38,869 nucleotides of DNA from an uncultured Spirochaetaceae bacterium. Its GTDB lineage: Bacteria; Spirochaetota; Spirochaetia; Sphaerochaetales; Sphaerochaetaceae. This document shows positions 1 to 8,316 of this stretch, piece by piece. A model generated the notes under the pieces. It was not told where the DNA came from, did no database searches, and worked only from the letters and a program-made list of their open reading frames with translations. How positions within the stretch are numbered: the first letter of the stretch is position 1; every line of letters starts with the position of its first letter. Where the stretch lies: assembly GCA_964527335.1 (NCBI GenBank), contig CAZGNN010000001.1:1-38869 (forward strand), given 5' to 3'. A program made the position numbers and the translations under genes.

Positions 1-268
1 GTCCGACAGCACCGATTTCGCTGAGGGATTTGATACAGCCGTATGTGGGATCCTGCAGCATCTTGAGAATGTAGTCGATAGCCTCTGCATGAGTCGGGGA
101 GGAGAACTCTGCGTTGAATTCCTCCTTGCCTCTGGACTTCTGTTCGATTGTCGAAACTTCCTGTCCGATTCTTTCGACAACACCTACTGTCAGGACATCC
201 TTGTTGTCCCAGTCATATACCTGGTATTTGGCAGATGAGCTGCCGCAGTTCAGGGTCAGAATAACCAT
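1..268 (-). CDS. ackA: acetate kinase, N-terminal part (gene runs off the left edge)
   Basis: Not in the ORF track because it has no stop in the window. The reverse complement from the ATG at 268-266 reads MVILTLNCGSSSAKYQVYDWDNKDVLTVGVVERIGQEVSTIEQKSRGKEEF... This carries the LNxGSSSxKY N-terminal signature of acetate/propionate kinases. An AGGAG (276-280 on +) lies 7 nt upstream of the ATG. Confidence 0.8.
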   Translation of the reverse strand, partial: MVILTLNCGSSSAKYQVYDWDNKDVLTVGVVERIGQEVSTIEQKSRGKEEFNAEFSSPTHAEAIDYILKMLQDPTYGCIKSLSEIGAVG

Positions 269-480
269 TATATATCTCCTATGATTTGATATCTTACGCC
301 ATGATAATCCCTTAACGGAAAAATCTCCACATCTAAGAGTCAAAAAATGGTTTTTTATGAGGAAGGGGTATAGTCAGGTAAGCTTATTAAGGGGTGAAAA
401 ATGAACAGAATAACGAATTATGTAGAATTTTGCCGGATTTTTTGACAGAAACGGGTACCTCCGGACCTTTATATAAGTGT

Positions 481-1512
481 ATGAAGGTAATTTTACTTGT
501 TGTTCTTCTGTTTCTTTTCCCGGCTGTGCCGGCCCCTTCAATGTCCTTTTCTGCCTATTCTGACGGCACAGTCGGAGTAAGGGACGACGGGATGACTGTG
601 ATCATTTCCCGTGAAGAACTCCTTGTGAAAATGCCCTGTTTCTCATTCGGTGCCATGGGGGATGGCGGGTTGATCTCCGTCCTGGATCATCCCTTTTCCT
701 CCAGCTCCCTATCTCCCTCCTTCTCTCCGGCGAAGAGCGGAAAGAAAGCCGTCGGTTCATGCGTTTCTTACGGCGGCTTCTTTCTTTTCTCGTTCTTCGG
801 GGAAAGAGGGGGAGCGGGAGTTCTCTACGAAGGTGAAAGGTGGAAGGCGGGAGCCGTCTACGCTTCTCCCGGGGACGATGAGGAGTATCAGACGGAAGTT
901 CATCTCAGGACTGACAGACACACTTTCTGGCTTCTCGGCGAGTATGACGGGACATATCTTTCGGCTCGTGTGATGTCGTCCCTCTCCGGCAGAGGATACT
1001 TCTCGTCGCTTTTCCGTGCATCCGTGAAGCTTTCCGGAATCACACTCACCTACGGCAGGGGAAATGTCCAGGCCTTTTCGGCGGGTGCCGACGGATGGCA
1101 GAGCATGCTGAGCGCGTCTGTCCGGAGCGATTCGTTTTCCATAACGCATACCCTCAGGTACGCTCAGACCCCTGTCTATATCCGTCAGTACAGGGATTAC
1201 GAATACAGAATAAGGGGAAAGCTCAGAATCGGACCCGTTATCCTTTCCGATTCGGTGACGAAGACATTCATAAGCGGAAAGACGAAGAGAAGCGAGAAGA
1301 TCGCTCTCGGGTGGGAGGGAATCACCATCGCCTGGAATACGGAAAGCGGAAGCCTGTCGTGCACTCTGTCCGGAGGCGGTGCCGACGTGGAATGGGGGGA
1401 CGGAAAACTCTCCGTTCAGATCAGGAGAACCATCAGTAACGGCAACGGCGCATTCACATTCTCTCTTTCCTCTTCCGGTTCATCGGAGTGGATTTATACC
1501 TTCACGTACTAG
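481..1512 (+). CDS. hypothetical secreted protein, possible beta-barrel outer-membrane protein
   Basis: This is the longest ORF in the region (track 394..1512). The internal ATG at 481 begins MKVILLVVLLFLFPAVPAPSMSFSAY, a classic signal peptide. The rest is Gly/Ser/Thr/Tyr-rich with alternating-hydrophobic stretches and Gly-rich turns (ITLTYGRGNVQAFSAG, LSCTLSGGGADVEWGDGKLSVQIRR). It ends in an aromatic C-terminus (...EWIYTFTY). I recognise no family signature. The start is uncertain: GTG 394 or ATG 481, and there is no SD before 481. Confidence 0.5.
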   Translation: MKVILLVVLLFLFPAVPAPSMSFSAYSDGTVGVRDDGMTVIISREELLVKMPCFSFGAMGDGGLISVLDHPFSSSSLSPSFSPAKSGKKAVGSCVSYGGFFLFSFFGERGGAGVLYEGERWKAGAVYASPGDDEEYQTEVHLRTDRHTFWLLGEYDGTYLSARVMSSLSGRGYFSSLFRASVKLSGITLTYGRGNVQAFSAGADGWQSMLSASVRSDSFSITHTLRYAQTPVYIRQYRDYEYRIRGKLRIGPVILSDSVTKTFISGKTKRSEKIALGWEGITIAWNTESGSLSCTLSGGGADVEWGDGKLSVQIRRTISNGNGAFTFSLSSSGSSEWIYTFTY

Positions 1513-1536
1513 CCGACCCGGCCGCGTATTCTTATC

Positions 1537-1565
1537 TTTATCAATAATGCGGAAAACCGTATAAT
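1537..1565 (+). promoter_or_regulatory. candidate sigma-70 promoter for cysS
   Basis: TTTATC (1537-1542), a 17-nt spacer, then a perfect TATAAT (1560-1565). GGAGGA at 1584-1589 lies 6 nt before the cysS ATG at 1596. Confidence 0.4.
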
Positions 1566-1595
1566 AAAGGGTAAATAATACGTGGAGGACAAGAC

Positions 1596-2999
1596 ATGAA
1601 GCTATTCAACACCATGACCCGTAAGGTTGAGGAATTCGTACCTATCAAGGAAAACAGGGTATCGATGTACTGCTGCGGTCCCACTGTATACAACTATGCA
1701 CATATAGGAAATTTAAGGACATTCATTTTCGAGGATATTCTCAAGAGAACACTCCAGTACGACGGCTACAGGGTGACTCACGTCATGAACATCACCGATG
1801 TGGGGCATCTCACCGGCGACGGTGACGACGGCGAGGACAAGCTCGGAAAGAGAAGCCGTGAGACCGGAAAGAGCGTCTGGGACATTGCGGCATTCTACAC
1901 CGATGCATTCTTCAAGGACGAGAAGGACCTCAACATAATCAGGCCTTCCGTCGTCTGCAAGGCAACGGATCATATCCAGGACATGATAAATCTCATAAAG
2001 GTTCTCGAGGAGAAGGGACACACATACACTTCAGGCGGCAACGTCTATTTCTCGATTGACACGATTGACGACTACGGCAAGCTTGCCGGCCAGAGCCAGG
2101 ACGAGAAGCTGAGCGGAGCGCGCATCGCCGTCGACGGCAACAAGCGCAATCCCAAGGACTTCGTTCTCTGGTTCACGAACTCCAAGTTCGGCGAGCAGGC
2201 CATGATGTGGGACAGCCCGTGGGGCAGAGGATACCCCGGCTGGCATATCGAGTGCTCGGCAATGAGCATGAAGTATCTCGGACCTCACTTCGACATCCAC
2301 TGCGGCGGTATTGACGCCATTCCGGTGCATCACACCAATGAGATAGCACAGAGCGAGGCAGCAACGGGCGAGAAGTGGGTGAACTACTGGTGCCACGGCG
2401 AGTTTCTTCTCAACGACAAGGGAAAGATGAGCAAGTCCTCGGGCGAGTTCCTGACTCTCCCCGTCGTCGTAAGCCACGGCTACAATGCCCTCGACTACCG
2501 CTACTTCTGTCTCTCTGGCCATTACCGCACACAGCTCAAGTTCAGCTGGGAGGCTCTCGACCATGCAAAGAGCGCAAGGGAAAAGCTTGTTGCAGCTGTT
2601 TCCGAGCTCAAGAAGGACAATAAGCCGGCATCTGTACTTTCCGAGAAGGCAGAAGGCTGGAAGAAGGCATTCTCGGACGCCATGAACAACGACCTCAGGG
2701 CTCCCGAGGCTCTTGCACAGATGTGGATGATGCTGAAGGACGGAGATATTACGGGAAGCGAGAAGCTTGCCCTTCTTCTGGACTTTGACCGCATACTCGG
2801 CCTCGAACTCGACAAGGTCGAGGCGAAGAGCGACGAAAAAGTCGGCGGAGAAAGAGAATGGAAGCTTCTCGAGGAACGCGCAGAAGCGAAGAAGAACAAA
2901 GACTGGGCAAGGGCTGACGAGATCAGGGCTGAGCTTCTCTCTCTCGGCTACATTGTAAAAGATACCCCGAAGGGTGCAGTTCTCGAAAAATCGGTGTAA
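1596..2999 (+). CDS. cysS: cysteine--tRNA ligase
   Basis: 467 aa. Class I signatures: CGPTVYNYAHIGNLRTF (HIGH-type) and GKMSKSSGEF (KMSKS). Length and overall layout are typical of CysRS. Strong SD. Confidence 0.97.
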   Translation: MKLFNTMTRKVEEFVPIKENRVSMYCCGPTVYNYAHIGNLRTFIFEDILKRTLQYDGYRVTHVMNITDVGHLTGDGDDGEDKLGKRSRETGKSVWDIAAFYTDAFFKDEKDLNIIRPSVVCKATDHIQDMINLIKVLEEKGHTYTSGGNVYFSIDTIDDYGKLAGQSQDEKLSGARIAVDGNKRNPKDFVLWFTNSKFGEQAMMWDSPWGRGYPGWHIECSAMSMKYLGPHFDIHCGGIDAIPVHHTNEIAQSEAATGEKWVNYWCHGEFLLNDKGKMSKSSGEFLTLPVVVSHGYNALDYRYFCLSGHYRTQLKFSWEALDHAKSAREKLVAAVSELKKDNKPASVLSEKAEGWKKAFSDAMNNDLRAPEALAQMWMMLKDGDITGSEKLALLLDFDRILGLELDKVEAKSDEKVGGEREWKLLEERAEAKKNKDWARADEIRAELLSLGYIVKDTPKGAVLEKSV

Positions 3000-3027
3000 C
3001 CTTTGTATAGGAAAAATTGTTAGTAAG

Positions 3028-3564
3028 ATGGAAATAAAAAGTACAAACCGGGACGATTTCAGGAAAGTATACGATGAAAACTACACTCTGCTGATGCAGG
3101 TAAGCATGCACATCGTCTACAACCAGGAGATTGCCGAGGACATAGTCCAGGAAGCCTTTGAGAGGTTCTTCATCAAGAACATGAGCTTCCCGAGCATGGA
3201 CGACGCAAAGTACTGGCTCCTGAGAGTGACCAAGAATCTCGCCCTCAATCACCTCAAGCACAACAAGAGGGAACTCCAGCTTGTCGAGAAGGTGAAGAAG
3301 ATGCCGGGAAGCGAAACGGCCAACTATGTTGACTCCGCCCGCACCGTCATCGAGGAAGAGGAGAGGAAGAGAGTGAGGGCCGCAGTCGAGGCTCTCCCCG
3401 ACAACCTGAAGCTGGTAATACAGCTCAAGGAATATTCGGGCCTTGACTACAAGGCAATCGGAAAGGTGCTCGGCATTTCCGAAACTAATGTTAAGGTGAG
3501 GGTTCACAGGGCAAGAAGAAAGCTCGAGAGCCTTCTGACCTCGGAGGAAAAAGATGTGTATTGA
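3028..3564 (+). CDS. ECF-type RNA polymerase sigma factor
   Basis: Region 2-like IAEDIVQEAFERFF...YWLLRVTKNLALNHLKHNKR. Region 4 HTH LDYKAIGKVLGISETNVKVRVHRARRKLESLL. About 178 aa from ATG 3028. The track start at 2974 would overlap the cysS 3' end, so I prefer 3028. Confidence 0.85.
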   Translation: MEIKSTNRDDFRKVYDENYTLLMQVSMHIVYNQEIAEDIVQEAFERFFIKNMSFPSMDDAKYWLLRVTKNLALNHLKHNKRELQLVEKVKKMPGSETANYVDSARTVIEEEERKRVRAAVEALPDNLKLVIQLKEYSGLDYKAIGKVLGISETNVKVRVHRARRKLESLLTSEEKDVY

Positions 3565-4090
3565 TCTTCAGATGCTGTCGGCATATATGGACGGAGAGCT
3601 CGCCGAGCCCTACAGGACTCAGGTTGAGGAACATCTCCTGCACTGTGCAACATGCCGCAATCTTCTCCATTCGATGGAGAGACTGGACAAGACCATCCAG
3701 AGTGACTCGTTCTCCGGGGAGACTCTGGAGAAGAACAAGGACGCCGTCTTTGACAAGCTTGACAACAAGTTCTTCCGCGAGAAGAACAGAATCAGCATCT
3801 TCCGCCGCAAGATCCAGATGAGCATTCCCCAGATGATAGCGACTGCGGCTGCAGTGACGTTCATCTTCGTCGGAGGCTTCGTACTCTTCGGAAGCAATGC
3901 CGGTCAGACAAGCGACATCCTCCCGTCATTCAACGTCAGCGCGAGCCAGGAGAATGTCAAATACGTCTCCAACACGGACAGCCTCGACAACTATTCCCTT
4001 GAGGAGATACTCCAGTACCTCGACAGCAAGGGTTATAATGTGGATATTTCAATCAAGGGTCTTCAGCCCCTTGAAGTGAGTGAAAACTGA
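3554..4090 (+). CDS. membrane-anchored zinc-binding (ZAS-type) anti-sigma factor
   Basis: Overlaps the sigma gene by 11 nt, with GGAGGA 5 nt upstream. The N-terminus reads LSAYMDGELAEP...EEHLLHCATCRNLL, matching the H-x3-C-x2-C anti-sigma motif. One TM helix (IPQMIATAAAVTFIFVGGFVLFG) is followed by a ~70-aa extracytoplasmic tail. Confidence 0.75.
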   Translation: MCIDLQMLSAYMDGELAEPYRTQVEEHLLHCATCRNLLHSMERLDKTIQSDSFSGETLEKNKDAVFDKLDNKFFREKNRISIFRRKIQMSIPQMIATAAAVTFIFVGGFVLFGSNAGQTSDILPSFNVSASQENVKYVSNTDSLDNYSLEEILQYLDSKGYNVDISIKGLQPLEVSEN

Positions 4091-4095
4091 AAGAA

Positions 4096-4122
4096 GTGCA
4101 GGGCGACCTGCACTTTATCTTT
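4096..4122 (+). terminator. rho-independent terminator after the sigma/anti-sigma pair
   Basis: GTGCAGG (4096-4102), loop GCGA, CCTGCAC (4107-4113), followed by TTTATCTTT. Confidence 0.7.
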
Positions 4123-4192
4123 CCCTCAGTGGCGGTTGGTAATTGTTCCTTCACATTCTTTTTGGTAAACTTTCTCCCGAACGGAGGAAAAT

Positions 4193-6844
4193 ATGAAAGC
4201 CGTAGAACTCAGCAAGGCTTACAACCCGAAGGATTTTGAAGACCGCATCTACAATGAATGGAAGGAAAAGGGTGAATTCGGCCCTAAGGACGGAGAAGGA
4301 CACTTCTCCGTAGTCATGCCGCCTCCAAACGTCACAGGTGTCCTTCACATGGGACATGCACTCAATAACAATCTGCAGGACATAATCGTCAGATACAAGA
4401 GAATGAAGGGACTCCCGACACTCTGGGTTCCGGGAACGGACCATGCGGGAATCGCGACACAGAACGTCGTCGAACGCCAGCTTGCAAAGGAAGGCCTCAG
4501 ACGTCAGGACATCGGACGCGAGAAGTTTTTAGAGAGAACCTGGAAGGTTAAGGAAAAGCACCACGACATCATAAAGAGCCAGCTCGAGAAGCTGGGATGC
4601 TCATGCGACTGGGAGCATGAAAGATTCACTATGGATGAAGGTCTCAGCAGGGCAGTGAGGGAGGCATTCGTCACACTCTACGAGAGAGGCCTCATCTACA
4701 AGGGCAACTACCTTGTGAACTACTGCCCGAAGTGCGGAACGGCACTTGCGGACGATGAAGTCGAGTACGAGAATGTTCCCGGCAAGCTCTACGATGTCAG
4801 ATACCCGTACGCTGACGGCTCTGGCTGGATTACGGTTGCCACGACACGTCCCGAGACGATGTTCGGTGATATGGCTGTCGCAGTCAACCCGACAGACGAG
4901 CGCTACACTTCCGTTGTCGGAAAGATGGTCCATCTTCCCCTTACCGACAGGGATATCCCGATCATAGCAGACAGCTTTGTCGAGAAGGAGTTCGGTACCG
5001 GTATGGTAAAGATCACGCCGGCACATGACCCCAACGACTGGGAATGCGGAAAGAGACACAATCTCGAACCCGTCAACATCCTCAATCCCGACGGCACGCT
5101 CAACGACGTATGCCCCGAGAAGTACCGCGGCCTTCCCGCTGCAGAGGCGAGAAAGCTTGTCGCAGATGATCTCAGGGAGCAGGGATACCTCATCAAGGAG
5201 ACACCGTACAACCACGATGTAGGACACTGCTACCGCTGTCATACGGTTGTCGAACCATATCTTTCGGAGCAGTGGTTCGTGAGAATGCGCGGCATGGCAG
5301 ACAAGGCCATCGCTGCATGGAAGAACGGCGACATCAACTTCTATCCCAAGAGATGGGAGAACACATACCTCCACTGGATGGAGACCATCAAGGACTGGTG
5401 CATCTCGCGTCAGCTCTGGTGGGGACACAGAATCCCGGTATGGTACTGCCAGGACTGCGGTGAGATGATAGTCTCCCGCACGGATGCCGTCGAGTGTCCG
5501 AAGTGTCACAGTCACAATCTCAAGCAGGAGAGCGATGTTCTCGACACATGGTTCTCGTCATGGCTCTGGCCGTTTAGTACTCTCGGCTGGCCGGACAAGA
5601 CTGTCGATTTCGAGCGCTTCTTCCCGACGAACACGCTTGTCTCCGCATACGACATCATCTTCTTCTGGATCAGCCGTATGATCATGGCAAGCGAGGAGTT
5701 CCTCGGAGTCGCTCCCTTCAGGGATATCGTAATAACGGGACTCGTGAGAGATATCCAGGGAAGGAAGATGAGCAAGAGCCTCGGTAACGGCATCGACCCG
5801 CTGGAGGTAATCAAGGAATACGGCGCGGATGCCACGAAGTTCACGCTCTGCTACCTTGCCGCACAGGGACAGGATGTCCAGATTGACATGAACTCCTTCC
5901 GTCTGGGATCCAGGTTTGCAAACAAGATCTGGAACGCAACGAGATTCCTCCTCATGAACCTCGAGGGCAGGGAACTTGTTTCTGTCACACCCGACAAGCT
6001 CTCGGTCATGGACAAGTGGATCTACTCGTCACTCGGAAAGGCAATAAAGACCATCGACAGGGCCATGGAAGGATACCACTTCAACGAAGCCGCCAATGCG
6101 GTATATTCATTCTTCTGGAATGACTTCTGCGACTGGTACATCGAATCCAGCAAGGAGAAGCTCCTCCACGGCACGGATGAGGAGAAGAACGTGCAGGTAT
6201 CGATCATCATGGATGTTCTCGAGATATCAATGAGGATGATGCATCCGTTCCTTTCGTTCCTCACGGAAGAGATTTATCAGAAGCTTCCGAACCATAAGGG
6301 TGATGTCATCTCTGCCCTGTATCCTGAGGCAAAGCCGGAGTGGGAGGACAAGGAGGCTGACGACGCCATGGAATATCTCCAGGAAATCGTCAGAGTCATC
6401 AGAGCTTCCCGCAGTTCTCTCGGAATCGGACCGGAGAAGAAGATCAAGGTTGTAATCAGACCTGACGGCGACAACGCCTTCATTCCGTTCCTCAACGACG
6501 AGAAGAACACGATAGCATCCTTCATCGGCTCCAATGCCCTTGTCATCGACACTGACGGTAAGGAAGATGTCGAGAAGCAGTTCCCGGTCCACGGACAGGG
6601 ATTCGAGGCATTCGTATTTGCACGTGATGCCATCGATGTCGAAGCCGAGATAAAGAGACTCCAGAATGAGAAGGCAAAGGCCGAGGCTAATCTCGAAGGC
6701 AGCAACAGGAAGCTCTCCAACGAGAACTTCATCTCCCACGCAAAGAGTGAGGCTGTCGAGAAGGAGAGAAGCAAGAAGGCGGAATTCGAGGAGACTATCA
6801 GAAAGAGCAGCGAGCACATCGCACTTCTCGAGTCCCTCAGATAA
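4193..6844 (+). CDS. valS: valine--tRNA ligase
   Basis: 883 aa. PPPNVTGVLHMGHALN (HIGH) and GRKMSKSLGNGIDP (KMSKS). Has a CP1 editing-domain-sized insert and a C-terminal coiled coil (EAEIKRLQNEKAKAEANLE). GGAGGA SD. Confidence 0.97.
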   Translation: MKAVELSKAYNPKDFEDRIYNEWKEKGEFGPKDGEGHFSVVMPPPNVTGVLHMGHALNNNLQDIIVRYKRMKGLPTLWVPGTDHAGIATQNVVERQLAKEGLRRQDIGREKFLERTWKVKEKHHDIIKSQLEKLGCSCDWEHERFTMDEGLSRAVREAFVTLYERGLIYKGNYLVNYCPKCGTALADDEVEYENVPGKLYDVRYPYADGSGWITVATTRPETMFGDMAVAVNPTDERYTSVVGKMVHLPLTDRDIPIIADSFVEKEFGTGMVKITPAHDPNDWECGKRHNLEPVNILNPDGTLNDVCPEKYRGLPAAEARKLVADDLREQGYLIKETPYNHDVGHCYRCHTVVEPYLSEQWFVRMRGMADKAIAAWKNGDINFYPKRWENTYLHWMETIKDWCISRQLWWGHRIPVWYCQDCGEMIVSRTDAVECPKCHSHNLKQESDVLDTWFSSWLWPFSTLGWPDKTVDFERFFPTNTLVSAYDIIFFWISRMIMASEEFLGVAPFRDIVITGLVRDIQGRKMSKSLGNGIDPLEVIKEYGADATKFTLCYLAAQGQDVQIDMNSFRLGSRFANKIWNATRFLLMNLEGRELVSVTPDKLSVMDKWIYSSLGKAIKTIDRAMEGYHFNEAANAVYSFFWNDFCDWYIESSKEKLLHGTDEEKNVQVSIIMDVLEISMRMMHPFLSFLTEEIYQKLPNHKGDVISALYPEAKPEWEDKEADDAMEYLQEIVRVIRASRSSLGIGPEKKIKVVIRPDGDNAFIPFLNDEKNTIASFIGSNALVIDTDGKEDVEKQFPVHGQGFEAFVFARDAIDVEAEIKRLQNEKAKAEANLEGSNRKLSNENFISHAKSEAVEKERSKKAEFEETIRKSSEHIALLESLR

Positions 6845-6866
6845 CCCCCTCACCGATTCAAATATG

Positions 6867-6889
6867 AGACCTCCCGGACAGGGAGGTCT
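6867..6889. terminator. shared hairpin between convergent valS and the Hc1-like gene
   Basis: AGACCTCCC (6867-6875), loop GGACA, GGGAGGTCT (6881-6889). A 9-bp GC-rich stem in the 50-nt convergent spacer. The T-tracts are only moderate on both strands (TCTCTTC on +, CATATTTG on -). Confidence 0.6.
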
Positions 6890-6894
6890 TCTCT

Positions 6895-7077
6895 TCACTC
6901 TTTCTCGGCCTTCGACTCTTCGAGTATCTCGGCTCTTCGTGTCTTGCTGAGCTTCATTATTGCACTGAGCGCATTCCTTGCCTTTGTCGCGCTTGACTTG
7001 TAACCGTACTTATTGAACTTCTCGTTCTCCTGGAGATATGTTTCCATCTCCTTCTTCAGTTCATCATGTGTTGCCAT
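6895..7077 (-). CDS. small basic Hc1/histone-H1-like DNA-binding protein
   Basis: 60 aa from the ATG at 7077, with AGGAG 7 nt upstream. The track start at 7107 adds 10 aa with no SD. Sequence: MATHDELKKEMETYLQENEKFNKYGYKSSATKARNALSAIMKLSKTRRAEILEESKAEKE. It follows the pattern of the chlamydial Hc1 N-terminal region (..KGNKAAAQRVRTESIKLEKIAKVYRKESI..), recalled from memory. Confidence 0.5.
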   Translation of the reverse strand: MATHDELKKEMETYLQENEKFNKYGYKSSATKARNALSAIMKLSKTRRAEILEESKAEKE

Positions 7078-7155
7078 TTCTTTTCTCCTTTTTCCTTTAT
7101 TTCCCAAATGCTACCACAGATAGCGTGAAGAGCAAGAAAAAAAAGAGAAATGCAC

Positions 7156-7180
7156 TAAAAAAAGCGGTACTCAGACCGCT
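7156..7180 (-). terminator. rho-independent terminator of the GT2 gene (overlaps its stop codon)
   Basis: On the minus strand: AGCGGT-CTGAGT-ACCGCT (7180-7163) followed by TTTTTTT (7163-7157 on +). Confidence 0.6.
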
Positions 7181-8316
7181 TCTCCCTTCCAGATGAACTT
7201 CTTTCCCCTGAGCCTTGTGTGGACGCAGTGCAGATACATCACACATATGAGCACTATCGAGAACGAGCCCGAGAGCGATGTCGAGACGCGGAACTTCAGC
7301 CTGCGGCACGCGAAGAACCAGCTGATGTTGGTGAGGAGCCAACCCGAGAGCGTTATCCAGAGCATCGTATATTCTCCGCTGAGTATATACAGCGGCGTCA
7401 GAAGCGGCGCAAAAGATACGAGAGAGAGGAATATGACGGCGAGGATGAGGAGTGCGAACATCCCGACAGTCGGCCTGAAGACTCCCGCAAGGGAGCGCTC
7501 TATTCCCCTGAATGCCTCGGGGCCCGTATCGTACATCCTGCAGCAGACATGGTCGCTGAGAACGGTGAACTCGTACTTCTTTTTCTTCCTGAGGAATGCC
7601 TTGATTATTCCGAGGTCATCGCAGATCTGGTCACCGAGTACTGCATATCCTCCGACTTCGTCGTAGGAATCCTTCCTCATCATTATGAACTGTCCGATTC
7701 CGATTGCGAAAGAAGAGACCTTCAGTGCGTTGAAGATGAAGTGGGGGATACAGACGTTGGAGAACACCATGCTTGCCGTGATAGTGCGAGCAAAGTATGA
7801 CTTCGAATACTCTGCGGGGAACCCCGAGAGTATGTCGAGTCCGTCGCCCTCCATTATCTTGAGGGCATTGAGAACACTCTTCGAGCGGTGTGTCGTGTCT
7901 GCATCTGTGCATAGGAGGTATTCTCCCTTTGCGTGGGGAATGAGATTGAGAAGGGCGTTCATCTTCCCGTGGGAAGCAAGCTTCTTCTCTCCGGTTTTGT
8001 AGCCTCTTACACGGCTGTCCTTCTTCTGGAACTCCTCGATTATTTCCCATGTTCTGTCAGTCGAGCGGTCGTCGATTACGAGAATCTCGATGTTCCTGTA
8101 TTCCTGGTCGAGCATCGACTGGAGAAGAATGCCGAGATTCCTCTCCTCGTTTCTCGCCGGTATTATTACAGATACAAGCGGATTACGCTTGAGAGTGTAT
8201 TTCTCGGCTCTCCTGTTTATCTTCAGGAATCTTACCGCATTGAGTGCGGAGCAGAGGAAAAGCCAGGCGCCGAAAACGGCAGTCATGTACATTATTACGG
8301 TCAGAAAGATCTTCAT
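7171..8316 (-). CDS. membrane-bound family-2 glycosyltransferase
   Basis: 381 aa. N-terminal TM helix, then GT-A signatures VSVIIPARNEERNL, LVIDDRSTD and a DxD-like CTDADT. Several C-terminal TM helices. This architecture resembles lipid-directed GT2 enzymes (ceramide glucosyltransferase / HpnB / CrtQ-like); the substrate is not inferable. The ATGA overlaps the upstream stop. Confidence 0.8.
   Translation of the reverse strand: MKIFLTVIMYMTAVFGAWLFLCSALNAVRFLKINRRAEKYTLKRNPLVSVIIPARNEERNLGILLQSMLDQEYRNIEILVIDDRSTDRTWEIIEEFQKKDSRVRGYKTGEKKLASHGKMNALLNLIPHAKGEYLLCTDADTTHRSKSVLNALKIMEGDGLDILSGFPAEYSKSYFARTITASMVFSNVCIPHFIFNALKVSSFAIGIGQFIMMRKDSYDEVGGYAVLGDQICDDLGIIKAFLRKKKKYEFTVLSDHVCCRMYDTGPEAFRGIERSLAGVFRPTVGMFALLILAVIFLSLVSFAPLLTPLYILSGEYTMLWITLSGWLLTNISWFFACRRLKFRVSTSLSGSFSIVLICVMYLHCVHTRLRGKKFIWKGEAV

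Noticed and set aside
1513-1595. Possible T-box or other riboswitch leaders upstream of the aminoacyl-tRNA synthetase genes cysS (1513-1595) and valS (4091-4192).
   Set aside because: The leaders are only ~83 and ~102 nt. Part of each is taken up by a promoter or a terminator. They are far too short for a T-box (200-300 nt), and no specifier or antiterminator elements are visible.
4601-5515. 304-aa ORF antisense to valS. Similar long shadow ORFs are 2031-2564 (-) in cysS and 6227-6898 (-) in valS.
   Set aside because: They lie entirely inside genes with unambiguous aaRS signatures. Their products are low-complexity (Arg/Leu/Val/Ser-rich) with no motifs. Strong C/G-ending codon bias in the real frame suppresses stops on the opposite strand, which explains them.
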